64,000 nt of DNA from Lingula anatina (lineage: Eukaryota; Animalia; Brachiopoda), in assembly GCA_051362555.1 (NCBI GenBank), contig CM120647.1, positions 11,136,651 through 11,200,650 on the forward strand. The letters run 5' to 3'. The first letter of the stretch is position 1. Each line of letters opens with the position of its first letter. Under the pieces are notes generated by a model. That model made no database searches and was not told the DNA's origin. It saw nothing but the letters and a program-made list of their open reading frames with translations. The translations under genes and the position numbers were made by a program. This document shows, in pieces, positions 13,376 to 26,293 of this stretch.

Positions 13376-14997
13376 ATGAAGATATTGCTGGCTGTATGTG
13401 TTCTTATTACCGCCGTCACCGGGCAGACAACATCGCCATTTCCCAGGTATTTAAAAAAGTTATCCTTCAGCTGTCTCTCGTTTTAAGCTCTAAATTTTAA
13501 TTGTTATACACTACTTTCTTAATTGTTTTATTTTCAAATCTCAAAGTTTATTATTATTATTATTATTGTTGTTGTTTCTCTTTTTATAGTACTATTAAGA
13601 GCTCGGAAAGAATCCAATTCCTGGTGTACATTTTACATATACATGTAGATGTATGTATTAGCTGAATACATTATCATAACTTTATTTTTTAGAACAACCA
13701 CTGGTAAAAGCTGTAACCTTTGCGACCAAAACGCCCAACTGCGAGATCTGCTCCAGTCGCTGGAAGGCACCCTTGCAGAGGTGTCCCAGCAGGTTATCAC
13801 GGTCGTATCCCAGCTCTCCGCTCAGGAAAATCGACAATCTGCCATGAGGGATGAGCAGAAGAAGATGTCCACCCAGATCGCAGAGCTCGGCATAAAACAG
13901 AACCAGGTGTTAGAAACCCTGGCGTATCACAACGCTTCCTTGGCGAGAATTGAGCAAGAGTTCCAGTCGATGGCGTACGGTGTGGTCGGTGACAGGCAAC
14001 TGCTGGGGAGACAGGAAACCTACATCAAAACCCTCACCGGTTTGGTCACAGATCAAGGCAAGCTCCTGGCAGCCCAGATTCAAAAGCTGGACGATGAGAA
14101 GAAGCTTCTGGAGAGTTTGAAGAGAGACCCGACTCATTGCACGAGAGGTAACACAGTAGATGTGACTCACAGACCATATCTTAACAGATGTTTTCGAGAG
14201 AGAGAGAGAGAGAGAGAGAGAGGGTGGGAGGGAGGGAGAGAGAGAGAATTGGAGAGGTAAAAAAGTTGTGTAGACCGGAATTTTTATCAGAACTGTATTA
14301 TTGTTTTAAATGTTTGCCTATTTTATTGTATTAAATACAAAATTGATTCAGTTAAAGCAGGATATCAGTATGACAGTTCACCTCGTCGTGGATCCAGGTT
14401 TATTTGAAGGGGTGGGGCGTTTTTAGGAATGACAGGCCTCGAATGCGAGGCTGACAATCGCCCACTTGACATGGGATTTGGAGTTCGCTGAAGGGTCCCT
14501 ATAACGTTTAGCGTTTTGGGGGGGCAAACGATGCAATTTGGTACAGTTTAGAACTATGATTCAGGTATTACATGTAGTGGTCAAAATCTGAATAAGTAAC
14601 AATTTCAGAACCCCCCTCCCGACCCTCTCCCCCAAGTTAGACACTGCACTTCGTGAGGAATAATTAATTTCATTATATTGTCATTATTTCAGCTGGAGTT
14701 TTTCATGCACAGTCGCCAAGCGGAGGCTACCAGTTGACGTTTGAGGACGCGAAGCAGCTCTGTGCTAAATATGGCGCTGCTATCGCTACGCATGCGCAGT
14801 TGACAACAGCATGGAACGACGGTCTTGACGTGTGCGCCTGTGGTTGGCTAGCCGACGGAGATGCAGGATATCCCATCCACAAGGCCCGCCCAGGTTGTTT
14901 GTCTTATGCCGGTATCCATAGTGGAACTAATAGTTGGTGTAAACAGTCACTCATTGCAAAAACAGGGCGTGCTGACGTGTACTGTTTTAAACAGTAG
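13376..14997 (+). CDS. Secreted protein: signal peptide, CxxC, coiled coil, single Link (Xlink) module; 276 aa
   Basis: Exons 13376-13446 (MKILLAVCVLITAVTG, signal-like), 13693-14147 (heptad-rich Q/E/L helix) and 14693-14997 join in frame. Last exon GVFH..SGGYQLTFEDAKQLC...ATHAQL...GLDVCACGWLADG..GYPI...PGC...DVYCF matches the TSG-6/CD44-type Link consensus. Confidence 0.9.
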
Positions 14998-15218
14998 ACA
15001 AAAGACATGACATGATGTGTGATTTTAGCATTTCTATTTAGAAAGTATCATAACTGATTATATCTTACTTGCAATTGGTTTTATCTGAAAATTAGGTTTC
15101 TTTTTATCTCGAATCGCAAAAATACAATACTTTCGATTCTATATATCTTGATAATTTTGCCTTTAATCAGTACTTGAATCTTTATGTTGTTCTACAAAAC
15201 ATTTTAGACTTAAGATGA

Positions 15219-15220
<2 letters not shown>

Positions 15221-15279
<59 letters not shown>
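15221..15279. repeat. (ATT)n microsatellite
   Basis: Direct reading. Confidence 0.9.
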
Positions 15280-15280
<1 letters not shown>

Positions 15281-15545
15281 TCAGCTTTAGTAGTAGAAGT
15301 AGTAGTACTCTTGAGAATATCCAATGGTTTCATCAGCTATGTAATTTCAACAGAGACGTGGCAGTAAGTTTTACTTGAGGAATAAACTGATACTTGACCA
15401 ACCATTATTTTGTCTGCTTACACACAAAATCAAACACCAGAAATACAATGGCTGTTAAAATATGGAGAGATGTTGCATACAGGTGTATTCCATTGCTGAG
15501 TCGAATTAAACAAAGGAAAATGAGCGTCACTTCTCAGTTTCATTG

Positions 15546-15652
15546 GTAGCATGAAAATTCATGCGTAAGCACTCCTATTGACGATTCTGATATGTACTGG
15601 CTGTGTATCAGAATAGTCAATAGGAGTGCTAACTCATGAATTTCCGTGCTAC
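15546..15652. repeat. Hairpin/inverted repeat with ~47-bp arms and a short loop; probable MITE remnant
   Basis: GTAGCATGAAAATTCATGCGTAAGCACTCCTATTGACGATTCTGATA pairs with TATCAGAATAGTCAATAGGAGTGCTAACTCATGAATTTCCGTGCTAC with few mismatches. Confidence 0.8.
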
Positions 15653-16018
15653 TTCACCGGTACATGTGTACTTTGAGAGATTCACAATTGTTGCTTCTTT
15701 GTATACGCTATATCAGCTAGCCAGGATTATTTTAAGGGGGCGCTTATGCGAAGCCGACCTCTTCCTCCCGGTTGGGGTGGCCTTATTGGTTATTTTAAAA
15801 ATTTAAAACTTATTGGTATTGGAGAGGGCAAACGGTGCCATTTGGTACGGTTTAGTACCATAAATCAGGTAGTCAAAATTATAATTCCGAGAGGGGAATA
15901 TACCACATTGGTCAAAAAGGTTGTCCCACCCCTATTCCCATGTACTTTTATTTACAAATGATCACCTCACAGCTGTAAATTGTTAAAAATAGTGCTTTTT
16001 ATTACAGATACCGTGATA

Positions 16019-19000
16019 CCCTAATCCTAACACCAATCCTAACCCTAACCCCAATCCTAAACCTAACCCTAACCCTAACCCTAACCCCAACCCCAATCCT
16101 AACACTAACCCTAACCCTAACCCTTACCCCAACCCTAACATACACCCTAACCCTAACCCCAAACCTAACCCCAACACTCACCCTAACCCCAACCCTAACC
16201 CTTACTCTAACACCAATCCCAACCCTAACCCCAAACCTAAACATAACCCTAACCCTAACCCTAACCCCAACCATAACCATAACCCTAACCCTAACCCTAA
16301 ACGCAATCCTAACTCTAACCCCAATCCTAAACCTAACCCTAATCCTAACCCTAACCCTAACCCTAACCCTAACCCCAACCCTAACATACACCCTAACCCT
16401 AACACCAAACCTAACCCTAACCCTAACCCTGACCCCAACCCCAATCCTAACCCTTACCCAAACCCTAACCACAACCCTAAACCTAACCCTAACATACACC
16501 CTAACCCTAACCCCAACACTAACCCTAACCCCAACCCTAACCCTAACCCTAAATCAAACACCAATCTTAACCCTAAACCCAATCCTGAACCTAACCTTAA
16601 CCCTATCCCTAACCGCAACCCCAACCCTAACCCTAACCCTAACCATAAACGCAATCCTAACCCTAGCCCTAACCCTAACCCTAACCCCAATCCTAACCCT
16701 AAACCTAACCCCTACCTCAACCTCAACCCCAACACTAACCCTAACCCTAACCATAATCCTAACCCTGCCCCTAACCCCAATCCTAGTTCTAACCCTACTC
16801 CTAACCCTAACCTTAACCCTAACTCTAACCCCAATCCTAACCCTAACCCTAACCCTTTCCCTAACCCTAACCCTAATCCCAATCCTTACCATAACCCTAA
16901 CCCTTACCCCAAACGTAACTATAACCCTAACCCTGAACATAACCCTAACCCCAATCCTAAACCTAACCCTAACCCTAACCCTAACCCCAACCCCAATCCC
17001 AACCCTAACCCTAACCCCAACCCTAACCCTAACCCTAACCCTAACCCTAATCCTAACCCTAACCCCAAACCAAGTTCTAACCCTACTCCTAACACTAACC
17101 CCAACCCCAATCCTAACCCTAACCCTAACCCTAACCCCAACCCTAACCCTAACCCTAACCCTAATCCTAACCCTAACCCCAAACCTAGTTCCCAACCCTT
17201 ACCCTAACCCTATCCCTAACCCTACCCCTACCCCAATCCTAACCCTAACACCAAACCTAACCCAACCCTAACCCTGACCCCAACCCCAATCCTAACCCTT
17301 ACCCAAACCCTAACCACAACCCTAACCCTAACATACACCCTAACCCTAACCCCAAACCTAACCCCAACACTAACCCTAACCCCAACCCTAACCCTAACCC
17401 TAACTCTAACACCAATCCTAACCCTAAACCCAATCCTAAACCTAACCATAACCATAACCCTAACCCTAACCCTAACCCTAACCCCAACCCTAACCCTAAC
17501 CCTAAACGCAACCCTAACCCTAGCTCTATCCCTAACCCTAACCCCAACCCTAACCCTAACCCTAACCCCAATCCTAACCCTAACCCTAACCCTAACCCCA
17601 ATCCGAACCCTAACCCCAACCTCAACCTCAACCCCAACACTAACCCTAACCCTAACCATAATCCTAACCCTAACCCTAACCCCAATCCTAGTTCTAACCC
17701 TAATCGTAACCCTAACCCTAACTCTGACCCCAATCCTAACCGTAACCCTAACCCTTACCCTAACCCTAACCCTAATCCCAATCCTTACCAAAACCCTAAC
17801 CCTAACCCCAAACGTAACTATAACCCTAACCCTGAACATAACCCTAACCCCAATCCTAAACTTAACCCTAACCCTAACCCCAACCCCAATCCTAACCCTT
17901 ACCCTAACCCCAACCCTAACCCTAACCCTAACCCTAACCCTAACCCTAACCCTAACCCTTATCCTAACCCTAACCCCAAACCAAGTTCTAACCCTACTCC
18001 TAACACTAACCCCAACCCCAATCCTAACCCTAACCCTAACCCTAACACCAACCCTAACCCTAACCCTAACCCTAACCCTAACGCCAACCCTAACCCTAAC
18101 CCTAACCCTAACCCTAATCCTAACCCTAACCCCAAACCTAGTTCCCAACCCTTACCCTAACCCTATCCCTAACCCTACCCCTATCCCTAACCCTAACCCC
18201 AACCCAAACCCTAACCCTTATCCTAACCCTAACCCTAACCCTAACCCTAATCCTAACCCTAACCCCAAACGAAGTTCTAACCCTACTCCTAACACTAACC
18301 CCAACCCCAATCCTAACCCTAACCTTAACCCTAACCCCAATCCTAACCCTAACCCTAACCCTAACCCCAACCCTAACCCTAACCCTAATCCTAACCCTAA
18401 CCCCAAACCTAGTTCCCAACCCTTACCCTAACCCTATCCCTAACCCTACCCCTACCCCTAACCCTAACCCTAACCCCAACCCCAACCTAACCCTAATCCT
18501 AACCCCAATCCTAACCCTAACCCTAACCGTTACCCTAACCATAATCCTAACCCTAACCCTAACCCTAATCCCAATCCTTACCATAACAATAACCCGTACC
18601 CCAAACGTAGCCATAACTTTAACCCTGAACCTAACCATAACCCCAACCGTAACCGTAACCGTAACCCTAACCTAACCCTAACCCCAACCAAAACATACAC
18701 CCTAAACCTAACCCAAAACCTAACCCCAACACTAACCGTAACCCCAACCCTAACCCTAACCCTAACACCAATCCTAACCCTAACCCCAATCCTAAACCTA
18801 ACCCTAACCCTAACCCCAACCCCAATCCTAACCCTAACCCTAACCCCAACCCTAACCCTAACCCTAACCCCAACCCTAACCCTAACCCTAACCCTAACCC
18901 TAACCCTAAACCTAATCCTAACCCTAACCCCAAACCTAACCCCAACACTAACCCTAACCCTAACCCTAACCCTAACCCAAAACCTTACCCCAACACTGAC

Positions 19001-21621
19001 CGTAACCCCAACCCTAACCCTAACCTTAACACCAATCCTAACACTAACCCCAATCCTAAACCTAACCCTAACCCTAACCCCAATCCTAACCCTAACCCTA
19101 ACCCCAACCCTAACCCTAACCCTAACCCTAACCCCAACCCTAACCCTAACCCTAAACCTAATCCTAACCCTAACCCCAAACCTAACCCCAACACTAACCC
19201 TAACCCCAACCCTAACCCTAACCCTAACCCTAACTCTAACACCAATCCTTACCCCAACCCCAATCCTAAACCTAACCCTAACCCCAACCCCAACCACAAT
19301 CCTAACCCTAACCCTAACCCTAACCCTAAACGCAATCAGAACCCTAGCCCTATCCCTAACCCTAACCCCAACCCCAACCCTTACCCTAACCCTAACCCTA
19401 CCCCTAACCCTACCCCTAACCCTAACCCCAACCCAAAACCTAACCCTAATCCTAACCCTAATCCCAATCCTTACCATAACCCTAACCCTAACCCTAACCC
19501 TAACCACAATCCTAACCCTAACCCCAACTCTGACCCTAACCCTAACCCCAACCCTAACCCTAACCCTAACCCTAATCCTAACCCTAACCCGAAACTTAAC
19601 CCCAACACTAACCCTAACCCCAATCCTAAACCTAACCCTAACCCTAACCCCAACCACAATCCTAACCATAACCCTAACCCTAACCCTAAACGCAATCATA
19701 ACCCTAGCCCTATCCCTTACCCTAACTCCAACCCTAACCCTAACCCTAACCCTAACCCTAACCCCAATCCTAACCCTAACCTTAACCCTAACCCCAATCC
19801 TAACCCTAACCCTAACCCCAACCTAAACCTCAACCCAAACACTAACCCTAACCCTAACCTTAACCCTAACCTCAATCCTAACCCTTACCCTAACGCTATC
19901 CCTAACCCTAACCCGAACCTTAACCCCAACCCTAGCCCTACCCCTAATCCCAATCCTAACCCTAACCCTAACCCTAACCCCAATCCTAACCATAACCCTA
20001 ACCCTGACCTCAAACATAACCCTTACCCTAATCCTATCCCTAACCCTAACCCTAACCCCAACCCCAACCCTTACCCTAACTCTATCCCTATCCCTAACCC
20101 TACCCCTAACCCTAACCCGAACCCAAACCCTAACCCTAATCCTAACCCTAATCCCAATCCTTACCATTACCCTAACACTATCCATAATCCTAACCGTACC
20201 CCTAAACCTAACCCTAACCCTAACCCCAATCCTAACCCTAGCCCTAACCCTCACCATAACCCCAATCATAACCCTTACCCTAACCCTAACCGCAATCCTA
20301 ACCCTAACCCCAATCCTAACCCTAACCATAACCCTAATCCTAACCCTAACCCCAATCCTAAACCTAACCCTAACCCTAACCCCAATCCTAACCCTAGCCC
20401 TAACCCTCACCATAACCCCAATCATAACCCTTACCCTAACCCTAACCGCAATCCTAACCCTAACCCTAACCCTAACGCTAACCCTAACCCTCACCACAAT
20501 AACTTACCCTAACACTAACCCTCACCCCAATCCTAACTCTAACCCTAACCATAATCCTAACTGTACCCTTAACCCTAACCCTAACCCTAACCCTAACCCT
20601 AACCCTAACCCCAATCCTAACCCTAACCCTAACCCTAACCCTAACCCTAAACCCAATCCTAACCCTTACCCTAACCCTAACCCTAACCCTAACCCTAACC
20701 TAACCCTAACCTTAACCCTAACCCTAACCCTAACCCTAACCCCAATCCTAACCATAACCCTAACCCTGACCTCAAACATAACCCTTACCCTAATCCTATC
20801 CCTAACCCTAACCCTAACCCCAACCCCAACCCTTACCCTAACTCTATCCCTATCCCTAACCCTACCCCTAACCCTAACCCGAACCCAAACCCTAACCCTA
20901 ATCCTAACCCTAATCCCAATCCTTACCATTACCCTAACACTATCCATAATCCTAACCGTACCCCTAAACCTAACCCTAACCCTAACCCCAATCCTAACCC
21001 TAGCCCTAACCCTCACCATAACCCAATCATAACCCTTACCCTAACCCTAACCGCAATCCTAACCCTAACCCCAATCCTAACCCTAACCATAACCCTAATC
21101 CTAACCCTAACCCCAATCCTAAACCTAACCCTAACCCTAACCCCAATCCTAACCCTAGCCCTAACCCTCACCATAACCCCAATCATAACCCTTACCCTAA
21201 CCCTAACCGCAAACCTAACCCTAACCCTAACCCTAACCCTAACGCTAACCCTAACCCTCACCACAATAACTTACCCTAACACTAACCCTCACCCCAATAC
21301 TAACTCTAACCCTAACCATAATCCTAACCGTACCCTTAAACCTAACCCTAACCCTAACCCTAACCCCAATCCTAACCCTAACCCTAACCCTAACCCCAAT
21401 CCTAACCCTTACCCTAACCCTAACCCTAACCCTAACCCTAACCTAACCCTAACCTTAACCCTAACCCTAACCCTAACTCTAACCCTAACCCCAATCCTAA
21501 CCCTAACCCTAACCTTAACCCCAATCCTTACCCTAACCCTAACCCTAATCCTAACCCTAACCCTAACCATAATCCTAACCGTACCCCTAAACCTAACCTT
21601 AACCCTAACCCTAACCCCAAT

Positions 21622-21656
<35 letters not shown>

Positions 21657-21932
21657 CCCCAATCCTAACCCTTACCCTAACCCTAACCCTAACCTCAAAC
21701 CTAACCCTAACCCTAACCCCAACCTTAACCCTAACCCTAACCCTAACCCCAATCCTAACCCAAACCCTAACCTTAACCCCAATCCTAACCCTAACCCTAA
21801 CCCCAACCCCAACCCTAACCCTAACCCTAACCCTAACTTCAACCCTAACCCTATCCCTAACCCTAACCCTAACCCTAACCCTAACCCCAACCCCAACCCC
21901 AACCCTATCCCTAACCCTGACCCTGACCCTAA
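16019..21932. repeat. Interstitial telomere-like array, degenerate (CCCTAA)n / (TTAGGG)n, ~5.9 kb
   Basis: Continuous hexamer array, C-rich on + throughout, with many variants (CCCCAA, TCCTAA, ACCTAA, CCATAA, CACTAA, CCTTAA). Unique sequence lies on both sides. Confidence 0.97.
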
Positions 21933-22905
21933 TAGCACTATCTGTAAGACACTGGTGATTAGCTATGGTGCACAGTCCCAGAGGAACACACACTGAGGAA
22001 GGTCAGGGTATGAGATCAATAGGTTTGTTAATGTACAGCTCAATTGTGTGTAGAAATTGAAATGTTTGAGCGTAAAGAACATTCAAAAGACTACAGTGAT
22101 AAATTTCCATCAAAATATAGTTATCGTTTTTCATTTTTATACACTTTCAGTATAGCCCTAGAGAAAAAATGTGCCATTTTGGTTACAGTGCCTTCCTTTC
22201 CTCTGTGGGAATATGTCTCTATTCTAATTATGTTTCTTACGGAAAAAACATACAACAAGAAATAATATCGTGTTCAGAAATATTAAAGGGGAACAGGTGA
22301 TGTGAAAAACGCATCTCGGAACATCTCAGAATGTTTAGATAAGTAACAAGGACACTCAATTGACCTTATCAAAAATACATCTTTCCCTCCCCCATCACCA
22401 CCCCCACCCACCCAGCCCCATCCTAGTTGACTTTACTGAAGTTTCCTCTAGATAAGAGAAGTAAGCCAGAATATGCGTCAAACAGATCAGCCCAGCTAAA
22501 CCCAGCACTACTGTACCCAATACACCGACACTATGATCCACAAAGAAACTGACCCCGCTAGACCTGGGGAGATGCCTTAGTCTTATTTATCTGTGAAGCA
22601 GCTTAGAGTTCACCAACCATGACACATTGGGCGTTACTGCCCTGTCCAAACCTTCACAACCAATTATATTTAAGACTGATGATCATTAAAAGAGGAAACG
22701 AGGTTTAGTATAGTATTTGAAGGGAAAGCACAGTGTAATACATGGCGCTCGGGAATAGCGCATTCCAAGCGGAAACCACTCACTTGCTATACCCTGGTTG
22801 TTTTTAGTTGGTCTGTATGATTTTTCGTGTATTTTTGCACATGCGTCGTTTAAAAGGATCGTTTTTGAATCAAACATCAAAGTAATGTAAGTCGGGTATG
22901 CACAG

Positions 22906-22906
<1 letters not shown>

Positions 22907-22981
<75 letters not shown>
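22907..22981. repeat. (TA)n microsatellite
   Basis: Direct reading. Confidence 0.95.
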
Positions 22982-22985
<4 letters not shown>

Positions 22986-24910
22986 ATTCAGTTTTGTATA
23001 AACAGCAATTTTATGTTTTTTTTTTATCTGAAATCGTCGACCTTTTTGCTCCTTTAGCTGACCGTGCTTAAATGGGATAGAATATATGTCAAGTTTTAAT
23101 TCAGGGTGGACTTTTTTTTCTTCGAAAAGGGAGTGTTTTTTCCCCAACAATCGGAATCTCCTTTCTAGAACCCTGTTTATATACTGGAGGGCGACAAAGT
23201 ATTGCACCTTTTTGCTTGAAGGTGAAAAACAATTGGGTTTTCTGGCTGCTTGCTTGTTTGCGTGCACATGTACATGGGTGTGAGATTGTTAATACCAACC
23301 TTCCCTCATTTATGCTATCTCATATTCTATCTTTTATTTAATTATCATCATTTACGTCGTAATGTGCAATTTAAAGCGGTTTAAATTTCCTTAGACTACC
23401 ATTGTTATTACCTTATTGTTGTTGTTGTTGTTGTTGCTGCTGTATACCAATGCTGCTGATGGCTATGAACCGTATTGATATCAAAATAGTTCTTCATCTA
23501 TTGGTAAACGCACGGCTCTCGTCTCTCCCTTCAGATAGTAAAAGCAAACACGGTTGACGAGTGGATTAAGGATAGCCGTTACCACTCACTTTAGGAAATT
23601 AAACTTCGATTTTCTGACACAGTTCCCTTGTAGTGAATACTCCAAAATGACCCCAAATTGAGACACCATAATAAATACAGCTATAAAACGTCCCCTTCCC
23701 TGCTACTGCACATTGTGATAGTAGCTGGCTGTTCAAGTACCTTCTACTAGCATTATTCCCTAACTGTTACATTGCTAACATTTAGTGTAGAATACATTTC
23801 TCTGAGTTTCATATTTTTGTCCCATGACGCTGTGTTATATATCAAATGCAAATGTATGACCAGATACACTGTATATTCAGCTTTCATTATCTCTTCATCT
23901 TGGTACGAAGAAGAATTTGGAACAGGAAAGCCAATGTAAAGCAATCTCAAAATTACCGCGTTGAATATTTGAGAACTTTATAAGTGAAAATAAAATGAAA
24001 TGCGAAAGTTGACTAAACACTAATCCAAGCAAACACAGAAGGTTGTAACAGCCTTAAAAATCACGTTAATATAACCAAAAAACAATCCCACTCTTGTAGC
24101 TTTGAAAATAGAACTTTAGACGGCATATTTGGTTTGAGCCAAGCAAGGGAAATAAGACAACTTACCATGGCCCATAAGAGCCTACGCGTGCGTCTTTTAG
24201 ACGCCCCTTTAAATGCGAAAACGGCAAGGCCTATGCCGAGTTCGTCTTTTACTACAGAGCTTTGAGAGCCGAAAAAGACATGGCTGTGTCTCTTTCGCCA
24301 CTTACTGCACTCCATAGATAACGGTGTTATGCAGTGTTATCAGGGGAACCGGTGTGCTGATAACCTAGACAGTCCGTGGTATTTCCTGCAAAGCTGCTTT
24401 GACGGAAATTAAACGAGTTCTTTAAATCACAATGGAAGCAAAAGTACATGCAGCTTTGTTGTCTTTTGAATTGCTTTCAACATTCCTCAAAAGTCTAGTT
24501 GGCCACCAAAGATATGTCGAAAGTCACTCACGAAACATACATGCTATATGTAGGCCTAACGGATGTGGTTCCTATGTCCACACAACAGCATCACTGTAAA
24601 AAAAATGTTTGCCGGAAACAACAATGACGTGTTCCGCACTCGATTTAAAAAAAATATTTGAACCGGAGGCAGTCCATGTTTAGATCTATCTTGAATGTGT
24701 AATTTTTGTGCCGTTCTAAAACATTTGAAGACTTAAGTTTTCCCAATTTGTTTATTTTTTTTATTTTATTTACATTCTTTCAATATTGTTACAATCACAT
24801 AATATAAATAGTTTGTACTGTTTGAATACAAGAAAAATTATGTCATGAAAAACTATTATCTCTCTCTTTCCCTCTCTTTCTTTCTCTCTCTCAAGCAAGT
24901 AAACAACTTA

Positions 24911-25583
24911 AGCCTAGATTGCACTTGCCACGCGGGGCGTGCAATGAAATAGCATAATTATGTTCCTTACGATTTTGTTTGACATCGTAAGAAGCTACGG
25001 GCTGCGGCGAGTACGTTTACATCACGTGTGAACACCGTGTGAACACGTGTGAACACCTTGAAGTCAGGTAGAGAAAAAAAGCGGGCATCGATTGAAAATT
25101 CCTTTCAGTCTCAGTGCAGTTTCCGCACGCTTCCGTGTAGCTTCCGTGAAGGCCAACGCGTTGTCATTACAGCCCTTTACGATTTAAAGCACCAATGTAG
25201 TCAAAGTAAGGAAACGTACATCTTCAAATTCGTGCAATTAACTAAGTTTTATACATCTTTACCATTGTTATGTCTCCTTAAGCCACCAAAGGTGGAAGAG
25301 ACCAACAGCAGGTTCAACCCTTATCACGATCACTGTAAGTTCACCGCACAATGCCTTAGGGGAACTGTGCGATGCAATCCTAGATAATGCAACATTGAAC
25401 TACGTATGGTCTAACGGTTTTAAAAATTGTCAAAGGTTTTAGCTTGACGAAATCGTAGGAAGGCCGTGTATCCGTACGATTTCATACGGCCAACGTCTGC
25501 CTCTGCACAGATGCTGCGCGAAGAGATTTACGGGCTATATGCGAGCTCCGTACGGACTTCGCATGGCAAATGTAATCTAGGCT
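24911..25583. mobile_element. Non-autonomous TIR element with TTA TSD, PIF/Harbinger-like (family C)
   Basis: Left end AGCCTAGATTGCACTTGCCACGCG vs reverse complement of right end AGCCTAGATTACATTTGCCATGCG (21/24). TTA at 24908-24910 and 25584-25586. Confidence 0.8.
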
Positions 25584-25821
25584 TTAGTAACACAAGTAGA
25601 AGCCAATATCCGTCTAAGCATCCATGTATCAATTTATAAAGCACATTTATCAAGGGCCCATTGCGTCGTCTTGCTGATTGTGTCAACTTTAAGTTCCTAA
25701 GGTTAAGTATTCAGTGCGTCTCACAGGAATATAGCCTCAAATGAGAGCGGGGCCTTGCAAATTGCAAGAAACATATACTTCAATAAGCCTTGTAAGAAGA
25801 ACTAGTTCAGTTAAATGCCGT

Positions 25822-25860
<39 letters not shown>
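25822..25860. repeat. (GATA)n microsatellite
   Basis: Direct reading. Confidence 0.9.
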
Positions 25861-25861
<1 letters not shown>

Positions 25862-26293
25862 GCACAGGTTTCTATTGTTTGTTTATTAAAGATCCGTCTT
25901 CTTCATGTACAATAAGTCAACATATTCACGTCTACATACAGCACAGTCTTGGTTCCATAATTACAGGTACACGGCACAAATAGACCCGTAGCAAGCATTT
26001 TTGAAGATTTTCTTAGTGACAAATGAGTCATCTTGAAACATGACATAAAAGTTGGATCAAAGTTTAATTCAAAGCGGATTTTTTCACCCGAAACCCGTAC
26101 TCTACGGGTCTCCCATGTCTTGGGCCGATCATACACTTGGCCACGGTGACGTAGAATTCAAACACTTAAAGATGCTGCCTATTAAAACACGACGGCCATT
26201 TATTTAAAAGAAAAGCACATGCACACCACGTCAACAGCGGGCAGATCTGCCATACATTAGTTACTACAGATTTAGAAGATGCAGTTAACAAGT

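Noticed and set aside
16019-21932. Head-to-head telomere fusion scar
   Set aside because: No strand-polarity switch anywhere in the array.
16002-21993. VR- and GL-repeat ORFs as protein-coding genes
   Set aside because: They are an automatic consequence of the hexamer repeat; no splice or promoter evidence.
22686-23267. 193-aa minus-strand ORF
   Set aside because: Kept open by the (TA)n tract (IYIY run); no motifs.
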